Shown piece by piece: positions 9,338 to 17,917 of a DNA stretch of 64,000 nucleotides. The DNA comes from Phycisphaerae bacterium (lineage in GTDB: Bacteria > Planctomycetota > Phycisphaerae > WQYP01). The stretch is from assembly GCA_038248985.1 (NCBI GenBank), contig JBBRWV010000002.1, forward strand, positions 278-64,277, read 5' to 3'. The translations under genes were made by a program, and so were the position numbers. Below the pieces are notes generated by a model. The model worked only from the letters and a program-made list of their open reading frames with translations. It was not told the origin of the DNA and searched no databases. Each line of letters opens with the position of its first letter. Within the stretch, counting starts at the first letter, position 1.

Positions 9338-11023
9338 ATGTCCGCTTCGTCCAAACCCATCAAAATTGCCATGGTCGGCGCCGGCTCCATCGGCTTTACC
9401 CGCCGCCTCATGCGCGACATTCTCGCCGTCCCCGAGCTCCAAAATACTACCTTCGCCTTCTCCGACATTTCCAAACAAAATCTCAAAATGGTCACGCAGT
9501 TGTGCCAACGCGACATCGACTTCGGGTCGGCCAATGGCAAACTACCCGCCACGCTCCAGTCCACCACCGACCGCCGCGCCGCCATCGCCGATGCCGACTA
9601 CGTCCTCTGCATGATCCGCCAAGGCGGGCTCGAAGCCTTCCAAACCGATATTGACATCCCCCTCCAATACGGCGTCGATCAATGCGTCGGCGATACCCTC
9701 TGTGCCGGCGGTCTCATGTACGCCCAACGCACCATTCCCGCTATGCTGGACTTCTGCAAAGACATCCGTGAAACCGCCAAACCCAACGCTCTCTTCCTCA
9801 ACTACTCCAACCCCATGGCCATGAACACCTGGGCCTGTAACAAGTACGGCGGCGTGCAAACCATCGGCCTCTGCCACGGCATCATGGGCGGCCACTGGCA
9901 AATCACCTCCTGCATCGAACATTGGGCCAAGGCAAATAAACTCATTCCTGGCAACTACGGCACGCTCGGCACCCGCTCCAACCCTGACGGCCCTTTCTCC
10001 AAAATGCACCGCGACGAAGTCGATATCGTCTGCGCCGGCATCAACCATCAAACCTGGTACATCCAAATTCAATGGCGCGGCATCGACTTCATCAATGACT
10101 GCGGAAAATCCGCCACCATCAACGGCAAAACCGTCCGCATCCCCACCATGCTGGAACTTTTCCTGGCGCACCCAGATTACCCCCGCACCGAAAAAGTCCG
10201 CATCGACGTCCTCAAACGCTTCGGATACTACTCCACCGAATCCAACGGACACCTTTCCGAATACGTCCCCTGGTACCGCAAACGCACCTCCGAAATCAAA
10301 AAATGGATCGATCTCTCCTCTTGGATCAACGGCGAAACCGGCGGCTACCTGCGCGTTTGCACCGAAGGACGCAACTGGTTCGAAACCGACTTCCCTAACT
10401 GGCTCAAGGAAACCCCCAAACCCATCACCAACGCTGAACGCTCCGAAGAACACGGCTCTTACATCATCGAGTCGCTCCAGACCGGCCGGCCCTACCGCGG
10501 CCATTTCAACGTCGTCAATCACAACCACATCACCAATCTCCCCAATGGATGCATCATCGAAATCCCCGGCTACGTCGATGCCAACGGCATCAACATGCCC
10601 GTCGTCGGAGACCTTCCTCTCGCCTGCGCTGCCACCTGCTCCGCCTCTGTCCGCGTCCAGGAAATGGGCATGGAAGCGGCCGTGCAAGGCGATGTCACTC
10701 TCCTCAAACAGGCCATGCTGCATGACCCCCTCGTCGGTGCCGTCTGCGACACCAACGAAATCTGGCAACTCACCGATGACATGCTTGTCCAGCAGCGCAA
10801 GTGGCTTCCCAACTTCGCCAAGAAAGATATCGACGCCGCCGCCAAACGCCTCGCCGACGAAACCAAGGCCGGCACGCGCGTCAAACTCCTCAAAACCCAG
10901 GGCGCCGCGCGTCTCCACACCAAGACCGTCGCGGAAATGACCAAAAACCGGGCGGAATCTCGTAGCAACGCCCAAGCCGCCGACAAAGGGAAAATGACCA
11001 AAGCCCCCACTGCCATTAAGTAA
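9338..11023 (+). CDS. Glycoside hydrolase family 4 (NAD+/Mn2+-dependent alpha-galactosidase/alpha-glucosidase, MelA/AglA-like) with a Lys-rich C-terminal tail.
   Basis: 'KIAMVGAGSIGFTRRLM' Rossmann N-terminus. 'FLNYSNPMAMNTWA', 'GLCHGI' and 'CAGINHQTWY' blocks match MelA closely. Strong RBS aaggag upstream. Confidence 0.8.
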   Translation: MSASSKPIKIAMVGAGSIGFTRRLMRDILAVPELQNTTFAFSDISKQNLKMVTQLCQRDIDFGSANGKLPATLQSTTDRRAAIADADYVLCMIRQGGLEAFQTDIDIPLQYGVDQCVGDTLCAGGLMYAQRTIPAMLDFCKDIRETAKPNALFLNYSNPMAMNTWACNKYGGVQTIGLCHGIMGGHWQITSCIEHWAKANKLIPGNYGTLGTRSNPDGPFSKMHRDEVDIVCAGINHQTWYIQIQWRGIDFINDCGKSATINGKTVRIPTMLELFLAHPDYPRTEKVRIDVLKRFGYYSTESNGHLSEYVPWYRKRTSEIKKWIDLSSWINGETGGYLRVCTEGRNWFETDFPNWLKETPKPITNAERSEEHGSYIIESLQTGRPYRGHFNVVNHNHITNLPNGCIIEIPGYVDANGINMPVVGDLPLACAATCSASVRVQEMGMEAAVQGDVTLLKQAMLHDPLVGAVCDTNEIWQLTDDMLVQQRKWLPNFAKKDIDAAAKRLADETKAGTRVKLLKTQGAARLHTKTVAEMTKNRAESRSNAQAADKGKMTKAPTAIK

Positions 11024-11072
11024 AGGCGTTCACCCAGCCCCTCGACGGGCAACGCCCGATTACCCTATAGCA

Positions 11073-11113
11073 AAAAGGCGATTCACACTCCGGAACAGTG
11101 TGAATCGCCTTTT
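11073..11113. terminator. Bidirectional rho-independent terminator between the convergent GH4 and permease genes.
   Basis: Perfect 17-bp inverted repeat AAAAGGCGATTCACACT / AGTGTGAATCGCCTTTT with a 7-nt loop. It is flanked by an A-tract and a T-tract. Confidence 0.75.
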
Positions 11114-11139
11114 CCGTACGCTCTGTCCACATACACCTT

Positions 11140-12546
11140 TCACACCTCCCTCGCAGCTTCCCCCAGTCCCTCCCCATCCTCCTCCACAACCTTTGGTCGA
11201 TGCACGCCATACAAACACGCCACACCCCCTACGATCCCCACCGCAATCACCATCGACCACCGCGCATCCTCCGCCTTCTGCGCATCCACCGAAAAAACGT
11301 TTAATACCTGCATCCCAATCAACGTCCCACATACCAATATCCCCAGCACCGGCACGATCCAGTGAACTTCAAATCCACCCCGCGGCTCCCCCGCCTTCCG
11401 CCGCAAAATTATCCACGACCCGTTCACCACGATAAACGCCCCCAATAGCAACAAACTCGTCGCCGTCGCCAGGGTCTGTAGATTTCCGACCCCCACCAAC
11501 ACCGACACGATTACCAGCAACACTCCTATCGCCACATGCGGCGTCTGGCGGCCTTTATGTACTCGCCCCAGCACCGCCGGCAACAACCCCTGCTTGGCCA
11601 TCCCGTAGACCAGTCGCGAGCCCATCACGTAATTCAACAACGCCGTGTTCGATATCGCAAAAATGCTGATTGCCGTAAACATCACCGGCGGAAACCAGGG
11701 TGCCGCCGCCTTCACCACGTCCGTCATCGGCGCGGTACTCTTCCCCAACACCTCGTAAGGCACAACGCTCACCACCGTGATCGCGACCGCCATATAAATC
11801 GCGGTCGCTATCAGCAAGGACAGTATCAACCCCAAGGGAAATGTTCGTGCCGGATTTTTCACTTCTTCCGACACATTCAACATGTCCTCAAACCCCACAA
11901 ACGAATAAAAGGTCAATACCGCGCCCGTCAGCAACAGCCCCGGCGATAACGGTATGTGCGTCCCCGCCCCCGTCGCCCCCGTCGCCGACAACGGCGTCTC
12001 CAGGTAGTTCACGCTGCCCCAGTAGCGAAAGCCCACGGCGATCACCAGACCCAACCCCGCCACCTCCACCAGCGTACACACCGCATTCACCCAAGCGCTC
12101 TCGCTGATTCCCCGAAAATTGATCGCCGTCACCACCAGCAAAAAAACCGCAATGATCCCCCACCTCCCTAACGAATCCCCAGGCTGGCCCAAAATTTGCA
12201 TCGCATAATTCGCCACCCCGTGCGTCGCCGTCGCCATGCTCGTCAAGCCGGACGCCATGATCACCAGCCCCAAAACATACGACAGCATGGGAAACCCAAA
12301 CGCCCGAAATGAAACATACGGCGCGCCCGCCGCCTTCGGATAACGCGAGCCCAGGCTCGCGTACGTCAGTCCCGTCAACATTGCCGCCACCGCGCTACAG
12401 GCGAACCCCAGCCATATCGCGTTCCCCATCACGCCCGCCGCCTTCCCTACCAGCGCATAAATCCCCGATCCCAGCATGTCTCCGACGCCGTACAGCGTCA
12501 GCCCCACCAATCCCAACGAACGCTTCAAGGATACCTGTTCACTCAT
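11140..12546 (-). CDS. APC-superfamily amino acid permease.
   Basis: N-terminal 'LKRSLGLVGLTLYGVGDMLGSGIYALVGKAAG' consensus block of APC transporters. About 12 predicted TM helices across 468 aa. Confidence 0.8.
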   Translation of the reverse strand: MSEQVSLKRSLGLVGLTLYGVGDMLGSGIYALVGKAAGVMGNAIWLGFACSAVAAMLTGLTYASLGSRYPKAAGAPYVSFRAFGFPMLSYVLGLVIMASGLTSMATATHGVANYAMQILGQPGDSLGRWGIIAVFLLVVTAINFRGISESAWVNAVCTLVEVAGLGLVIAVGFRYWGSVNYLETPLSATGATGAGTHIPLSPGLLLTGAVLTFYSFVGFEDMLNVSEEVKNPARTFPLGLILSLLIATAIYMAVAITVVSVVPYEVLGKSTAPMTDVVKAAAPWFPPVMFTAISIFAISNTALLNYVMGSRLVYGMAKQGLLPAVLGRVHKGRQTPHVAIGVLLVIVSVLVGVGNLQTLATATSLLLLGAFIVVNGSWIILRRKAGEPRGGFEVHWIVPVLGILVCGTLIGMQVLNVFSVDAQKAEDARWSMVIAVGIVGGVACLYGVHRPKVVEEDGEGLGEAAREV

Positions 12547-12698
12547 CCTCCAAGTGTAGCCCCCGGTCGCTTGTGGCGTCCATCACAAAATCCAGTTCTA
12601 TTCCCGCACCCTTCCCGCGCGTTGTCAAAAAATTACCCCGGATGGATAATCCCCCCGCCCGTCGCAAATCATGACAACCCCATAACAGGAGAACTCTC

Positions 12699-13469
12699 AT
12701 GCGTTCGATCCTCTTATTGGCTGCCCTCGCCTCTCTCGCCGTCGTCACCTACGCAGCGCCCGCCACGGCACCGGCACCCGCGAAGATCGAAGCGGTCGGC
12801 CTGCGCATCGTCGCCGAGGCCCTCAACAAAGATGACAGCACCCGCGCGTTCAACTGGACCGCCGGTACCACACTTGCCCTTCGACTCACCATCCCTGAAG
12901 GCTCCGTCCTCGCCCTCACCTCCAAAAAAATCAATTCCCTGAAAGACGACAAGGGCACGGACCTCACCAAAGGTCTCTCCCAGTTCGATGGCTTCCCCCG
13001 AATCTCCGTCGACAGCAAGTCCTTTCTCGTCGAAGTCGAAACCTCCACTCTTCCCGCCAAAGGCGCAACCAAACTCACCCTCAAGGCCGACCTCACCCTC
13101 TCGGTCGGCACTACCAAAAAATCCACCACCCTCGACAATGTCGCCCTCAAAGAAGGCACCCTCATTAAAGGCTCAGGCATCCAGTTCAAAATCACCAAAG
13201 TCTCCAAGCCCGACTTCGGCGAGGACGAAATGCAAATCACCCTCCACTCCGACAAGCCCACCGAAAGCCTCGCTGCCATCGAATTCCAAGACGCGCAAGG
13301 CAAAACTCTCAAGGCCCAACGCGCCGGCTCCTCCAGCTACGGCGACAGCATTGATATCGACTACGCGTTCCCCAAGAAAACCGCCACGGCCAAGATCATC
13401 CTCACCGAATGGATCGACGCCAAACCCCTCACCATTCCCGTTAACCTCACAATACCCCTCGGCCTCTAG
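12699..13469 (+). CDS. Secreted hypothetical protein with a signal peptide, beta-rich.
   Basis: Signal peptide 'MRSILLLAALASLAVVTYAAPA'. RBS aggag upstream. No known motif. Confidence 0.5.
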   Translation: MRSILLLAALASLAVVTYAAPATAPAPAKIEAVGLRIVAEALNKDDSTRAFNWTAGTTLALRLTIPEGSVLALTSKKINSLKDDKGTDLTKGLSQFDGFPRISVDSKSFLVEVETSTLPAKGATKLTLKADLTLSVGTTKKSTTLDNVALKEGTLIKGSGIQFKITKVSKPDFGEDEMQITLHSDKPTESLAAIEFQDAQGKTLKAQRAGSSSYGDSIDIDYAFPKKTATAKIILTEWIDAKPLTIPVNLTIPLGL

Positions 13470-13547
13470 GCAACTTCCTTCCCCAATCTTCGGTCCGGCA
13501 CCCACGTTCCCGCCTTCGAGGGTGTTCTGCTGTCAAGGAGTCCATTC

Positions 13548-14012
13548 ATGTCCTCCGCCACTCAACTTACCCCACTGCACCTCGCCCTCATGGATGCCGC
13601 CTACCAACAAGCTCTCAAATCCTACCGCGAAGGCGGCCTTCCCATCGGCTCGGTCCTCGCCACCCCCGACGGCACCATCGTCGCCCGCGGCCACAACCTT
13701 CGCGTTCAAACCGGCGACCCTACCGCCCACGCCGAAGTCGCCTGCATCCGCAACGCCGGCCGTCGTCGCGACTGGCCCTCCCTGATTCTGGTTTCCACCC
13801 TCTCGCCCTGCATCATGTGTACCGGCACCACGCTTCTCTACCGCATACCCCTCGTCCTAATTGGCGAGAACGTGAACTTCCTCGGCGCCGAAGACCTCTT
13901 CGCCGCCCGTGGTGTCCAGCTCCTCAACCTCCACCATCAGCCCTGCATGGACCTCATGCAAAAATTCGTCCAGGAAAAACCCGACCTCTGGAATGAAGAC
14001 ATCGGCATCTAG
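13548..14012 (+). CDS. Cytosine deaminase of the CDA fold (yeast Fcy1-like CMP/dCMP-type zinc deaminase).
   Basis: Zinc ligand motifs 'HAEVACI' and 'PCIMCTG'. The C-terminal 'GENVNF...FVQEKPDLWNEDIGI' closely parallels Fcy1 'GENVNF...FIDERPQDWFEDIGE'. Confidence 0.7.
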   Translation: MSSATQLTPLHLALMDAAYQQALKSYREGGLPIGSVLATPDGTIVARGHNLRVQTGDPTAHAEVACIRNAGRRRDWPSLILVSTLSPCIMCTGTTLLYRIPLVLIGENVNFLGAEDLFAARGVQLLNLHHQPCMDLMQKFVQEKPDLWNEDIGI

Positions 14013-14047
14013 CCCCCCTGAACACCGGTTATGCGAGCGCCCACTTT

Positions 14048-14857
14048 ATGGCCTATGAAGAACTCACCCGGCGCAATGCCGGCTACATCAATCCCGCACT
14101 GCAAGACCGCATCCGACAGACGCGCCTCTTGATCGCCGGCTGCGGTCTCGGAAGCGTTGCCGCTGAAGTTGCGCTCCGCACCGGCTTCGAATCATTTATT
14201 CTCGTCGACGGCGATGAGGTCGCGCCGCACAATCTCAACCGCCAGATCTACACCCATGCCGATCTCGGTTCCACCAAGGTTGTCGCCCTCGCCCGCCGAC
14301 TCCGCGACATCCACCCTCCCGCCATCGTCGAATCTCACGCGACCTGGTTAACCACGCAAAACGTCGCCAGTCTGGTGGAAAAATGCGACCTCATATTCGA
14401 CACCATCGACTTTCTGGATTTGCCCGCCGTTGTGGACCTCCACGATGAATCCGGTCGCCAGGGAAAAACTGTGATTTCCGCCTTCGCCTGCGCCTGGGGC
14501 ACAGTCTCTGTGATCTTTCAGCCCGAGGGGTTCACCCTCCGCCAGCTTTTCGGCCTGCCCGTCAGCGGCCCGCTCGATAACGCCACGTATCCTGCTGTCT
14601 TCCGTGATGGACTCGTGCGCCTCGCCACCCAGTTGCCTCCGGAGTTTCTCGCCGTCACGCATGAAGCCATGCAGGGAATGGTGGAAGGCAAACCCTGCCC
14701 TGCCCCACAGCTTGCTGCCGGTTCTTTCAGCGCAGCTTCGTTGATGGTCACCCAGGCGGTACGCCTCCTGGCTCGTCAACCAGTGACCACAGCCCCCCAA
14801 CTTGTCCACCTTGATCTCGCTCAGGCCGCCCGAATCACCGGATTAAGGATGCAATGA
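14048..14857 (+). CDS. ThiF/MoeB/HesA-family E1-like adenylyltransferase. It has no C-terminal CxxC zinc motif or rhodanese domain.
   Basis: Nucleotide-binding block 'TRLLIAGCGLGSVAAEVALRTGFESFILVDGDEVAPHNLNRQIY', which is the GxGxxG + D-x-D + NLNRQ motif of E1-like enzymes. Confidence 0.75.
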   Translation: MAYEELTRRNAGYINPALQDRIRQTRLLIAGCGLGSVAAEVALRTGFESFILVDGDEVAPHNLNRQIYTHADLGSTKVVALARRLRDIHPPAIVESHATWLTTQNVASLVEKCDLIFDTIDFLDLPAVVDLHDESGRQGKTVISAFACAWGTVSVIFQPEGFTLRQLFGLPVSGPLDNATYPAVFRDGLVRLATQLPPEFLAVTHEAMQGMVEGKPCPAPQLAAGSFSAASLMVTQAVRLLARQPVTTAPQLVHLDLAQAARITGLRMQ

Positions 14858-14884
14858 TCCGGCAGCCCGAGGGTTTTATCCTAC

Positions 14885-16036
14885 ATGATCATTGATGGCA
14901 TTGATTACCATATCGCCGAGACACGGGCGGACCTCGAACAGGCCTTCCGGCTTGTTTACCACAACTACGTCGAAATGGGATACTGCCATTTCAACATTCA
15001 CCAGATGCACTTCTATTTGTTCGACATTCTCCCCGAAACCCGCACCCTCGTCGCCGTCGAAGGCGGTCAGGTAGTCGGCACCGTCACGCTGGTGTTTGAC
15101 ACGCCTCTGGGACTCCCTTCCGACCACTTATACCAGAAGGAAATCAATGAGCTGCGCGCCGCAGGTCGGAAACTCGTCGAACTCTCCAAATTATCCACAA
15201 ATCGACAGCTCGGCTCACGCTCCTTACTTGTCTTGCGCAACCTCTTCCGTCTCGCCAAACTCACCGCGAACCCCCTTCGCAAAATGACCGACTTCTGTGC
15301 CCTCGTGGAACCCCATCACGAAGCTTTCTACCAAAAATACTATGCCTTTCAACGCACCGGCGATCTGAGAACCGACCCCGCCGCCCGGGGCGCGCCCAGT
15401 CTCCTTCTGCGATTGGATCTCCTGCGCGCCGAAGAGAGCTACCAGGAGCTTTTTGAATCCAGCAATAAGCCCTCCAACCCGTATTGGCTCAATTACCAGG
15501 ATCCCCTCCTCCCGGCTCTCCTCACTGAATTGCGTACGGCCGATGAACACCTCTGGAAAATGCACCGGCGCGTGGAAAGCGGCCAACCGCTCAACTCACC
15601 CACCCCGGATGAACGAAGCTATGTCGATTTCCGACTCTTCGCCTTGGAGTTCAATGCCGAAAAGGTCTCAAAGGAGGCACAAACGTGCGATAGTTCCGGC
15701 CTCTTTCGCGCCGAATATGGTCTCTACGAGCACCTCTTGCTCGTGTTGCCTCCCAACTACGCGCCGGAAAAACGCCTGGAAATCTACCGCAATGTCGTCT
15801 TGGCGGCTTGGTACTGCGGATCGTTCGATCGCGCACTGGCACTCAGCCATGAAATGGAAAAACTCGCCCAGACTTCTGAACAACGCGCCGATTCCAAATA
15901 TCTTCAAGCCCACGCGCTGCATTTTCTGGGCCGACACGAACTCGCGCTCCAGACGTTGCACGCCGCTTCTGCGCTCCCCGAACTTTCTCCGGTAATGCAG
16001 GCCCAACTCTTGTGGCTCACGGACGCATGGCGATAG
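14885..16036 (+). CDS. Hypothetical protein with an N-terminal GNAT-fold N-acyltransferase-like domain (acyl-HSL synthase / N-acyl amino acid synthase-like) and a C-terminal helical (TPR-like) region. It ends at an in-frame TAG that is immediately followed by an in-frame ATG.
   Basis: 'LVAVEGGQVVGTVTLVFD...KLVELSKLSTN' resembles the core strand/helix of autoinducer-synthase-like GNAT enzymes. The C-terminal half is helical repeats. The same frame continues into ORF 16037-16327. Confidence 0.4.
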   Translation: MIIDGIDYHIAETRADLEQAFRLVYHNYVEMGYCHFNIHQMHFYLFDILPETRTLVAVEGGQVVGTVTLVFDTPLGLPSDHLYQKEINELRAAGRKLVELSKLSTNRQLGSRSLLVLRNLFRLAKLTANPLRKMTDFCALVEPHHEAFYQKYYAFQRTGDLRTDPAARGAPSLLLRLDLLRAEESYQELFESSNKPSNPYWLNYQDPLLPALLTELRTADEHLWKMHRRVESGQPLNSPTPDERSYVDFRLFALEFNAEKVSKEAQTCDSSGLFRAEYGLYEHLLLVLPPNYAPEKRLEIYRNVVLAAWYCGSFDRALALSHEMEKLAQTSEQRADSKYLQAHALHFLGRHELALQTLHAASALPELSPVMQAQLLWLTDAWR

Positions 16037-16327
16037 ATGCCAACGATCAATCCCACGCGCGCATCTGCCTCGCCCACGCCGCTTCCGCAGTCATGCCTGA
16101 ACAGCATCTCCCCCAACGCATGGACACAATCCCTCTTGTATTACCGCACCCACTTTGCTTATCAATGCATGGGCGAAGCCGTCCTCTGGCTCCTGCACGC
16201 CTGTATGGCCGGTCGTCTTCCAGCCTCACAATTGCAGCAGCTTGCCCAACAGGCCTTGAAAGAATCGACAGAAAATGCAAACTTACCTTACTTTGCACCG
16301 TGCCAAATGATCGACGTAGAAAAATAA
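16037..16327 (+). CDS. Small ORF in the same frame as, and directly abutting, 14885-16036. It is probably the C-terminal continuation (helical repeats) of that protein, separated by a single TAG.
   Basis: The DNA reads ...GAC GCA TGG CGA TAG ATG CCA ACG... The content 'LLYYRTHFAYQCMGEAVLWLLHACMAGRLPASQLQQLAQQAL' is TPR-like and matches the upstream C-terminus. Confidence 0.35.
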   Translation: MPTINPTRASASPTPLPQSCLNSISPNAWTQSLLYYRTHFAYQCMGEAVLWLLHACMAGRLPASQLQQLAQQALKESTENANLPYFAPCQMIDVEK

Positions 16328-16367
16328 ATACGAGATTTCCCCTCCACCCTTCATCAAAGGATTCCTG

Positions 16368-16811
16368 ATGTCCGGTCACAACTCAACCCTCGGCGGCGGC
16401 GGCTTCCATCACATGGCCATCAACGTTCACGACTTTGACAAATCCGTCCGCATGTACCAGGAAGCCTTTGGTTTCACCCATAAAGTGGCTTGGGGCAAAA
16501 AAACCGACGCCGCCGATTCCCGCGCTGTCATGCTCGACACCGGCGACGGAAACTTCCTCGAAATCTTCGCCGGTGGCCCCGCCACCCCCCTTGTCCCCGC
16601 CGGGCCCATGTCCTGTAACGCCGCCATCATGCACGTCGCATTCCGCACCACGCGCATTGATGAAATCATCCCCCGCGCCCGCGCCGCGGGTTTCACCGTC
16701 ACCGTAGAACCCAAAGATGTCTCCCCCAACGGCGACGTCACCGCCCGCATCGCCTTCGTTCACGGCCCCGACGGCGAGGTCGTCGAATTCTTCCAAGGGG
16801 AGTTCTTTTGA
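16368..16811 (+). CDS. VOC-family (glyoxalase/bleomycin-resistance/dioxygenase) protein.
   Basis: 'GGFHHMAINVHDFDKSVRMYQEAFGF' is the typical VOC beta-alpha-beta-beta-beta N-terminal module. About 147 aa. Confidence 0.65.
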   Translation: MSGHNSTLGGGGFHHMAINVHDFDKSVRMYQEAFGFTHKVAWGKKTDAADSRAVMLDTGDGNFLEIFAGGPATPLVPAGPMSCNAAIMHVAFRTTRIDEIIPRARAAGFTVTVEPKDVSPNGDVTARIAFVHGPDGEVVEFFQGEFF

Positions 16812-16871
16812 TCACTTGGTGCGAAAACGAGAGAAAACGGCACTGACCTACGTGTCCGAGAAATTATTCCA

Positions 16872-16904
16872 CAAAAAAACCCTCGCAGATCGCGAGGGTT
16901 TTTC
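16872..16904. terminator. Bidirectional rho-independent terminator between the convergent VOC gene and the HTH-membrane protein gene.
   Basis: AAAAAAA-CCCTCGC-agatc-GCGAGGG-TTTTT. Confidence 0.65.
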
Positions 16905-16941
16905 ATTCAATGGTTCATTGAATCCGCAAGGCCTGGGGCAC

Positions 16942-17808
16942 TCAGCGACTCGTTGCTTTGCCCACAAAGAATCCGACGCCCGCAAACAATGCCGAAAGTA
17001 CCAGCAATACCACGCCAAAGATAATGATCCGGGTGTTGTCCGCCGTAATCGGCTGCACCCAGCTCGGCATGAAGTTATTCAAACTCGCCGCCGCGAGGAT
17101 GATGGTAACGCCCATGATCAGCACCGCAGCCAGCGCCAGTCCGCCAAACGCGCCCGAAGACGCATCGGCTTCCTCAACCACTTCCGCAATCCCCAGCGGT
17201 GCCGATGCCATTGGAGCATTGCCCAGGTTTTCCAGCCCGGAAGGACCGGATGTTTCCGAAGACTGCCCCGTCTTTTCAAAAATGCCCGACCCCGAACCGC
17301 CGTCCGAGCCCTTGCCGTCGCCGCCCGGATAAATTTCATCCAGCAGCTCAGCCCCCAGTGAGGTGTCATCAGATTCCCGCGTCAGATCCAGCAAGCCCGA
17401 ACCCGATCCCACGCCCTCCAGCGACAGTTGATCGTCGATAGCCGATTGAATCTGTGTCTGTGCGGCCGCATCCGAAGGCTTCACATCGCCGGTATCAAAT
17501 ACGCTAACGCCCTGCCCCGTAACCACTGTGTCTTCCTTGGCATTGGTGGTTCCCGTGCTGGAATCCGCCAGGGAAATAACATCGGAACCGCCCGAGGTCG
17601 GCAACGCCATCCCCGAGTCCGAAAGGCCAATCGTATCTGCGGAAGGTTTTCCACCCGAAAGCTTGTCGACCTGGTCCACTTTGAACATTACCCGCGCCCC
17701 GTCACGGAATTCACGCAGCTTGTTTTCGGTCACCAACGCCTTGAGACCATCGGCGGAAACGCCCAGCTTGTGCGCGGCTTCATCCGACGTGTAAAACATT
17801 TTTGCCAT
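16942..17808 (-). CDS. Hypothetical protein with an N-terminal HTH (excisionase/MerR-like HTH_17) domain, a Ser/Gly/Asp-rich linker and C-terminal TM helices.
   Basis: 'SDEAAHKLGVSADGLKALVTENKLREFRDGARVMFKVDQVDKL' fits the HTH_17 pattern. The C-terminus 'LALAAVLIMGVTIILAAASL...IIIFGVVLLVLSALFAGVGFFVG' gives 2 TM helices. Confidence 0.45.
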   Translation of the reverse strand: MAKMFYTSDEAAHKLGVSADGLKALVTENKLREFRDGARVMFKVDQVDKLSGGKPSADTIGLSDSGMALPTSGGSDVISLADSSTGTTNAKEDTVVTGQGVSVFDTGDVKPSDAAAQTQIQSAIDDQLSLEGVGSGSGLLDLTRESDDTSLGAELLDEIYPGGDGKGSDGGSGSGIFEKTGQSSETSGPSGLENLGNAPMASAPLGIAEVVEEADASSGAFGGLALAAVLIMGVTIILAAASLNNFMPSWVQPITADNTRIIIFGVVLLVLSALFAGVGFFVGKATSR

Positions 17809-17917
17809 TCGGCACCTCGCTTAAGACCCTGCCATCAGACTTGTAAGAATGTTGTAACACCAGATTGCCGCGAAGTCTAGGGAATAGGCTCGCCTGAATA
17901 TACCCAGCGGTCTATCC

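Noticed and set aside
9542-10975. 477-aa ORF antisense to the GH4 gene. Similar long antisense ORFs include 30363-32033, 45284-46336, 21503-22807, 5974-6990, 43771-44586, 63162-63893 and 27748-28848.
   Set aside because: These are Gly/Asp/Ala/Val-rich 'shadow' frames, typical of high-GC genomes. Each is fully embedded opposite a gene with strong motif support.
11100-11435. Pro-rich 111-aa ORF and others antisense to the permease gene (11536-11949, 11841-12107, 12309-12674).
   Set aside because: These are Arg/Pro/His-rich translations opposite a strongly supported 12-TM permease.
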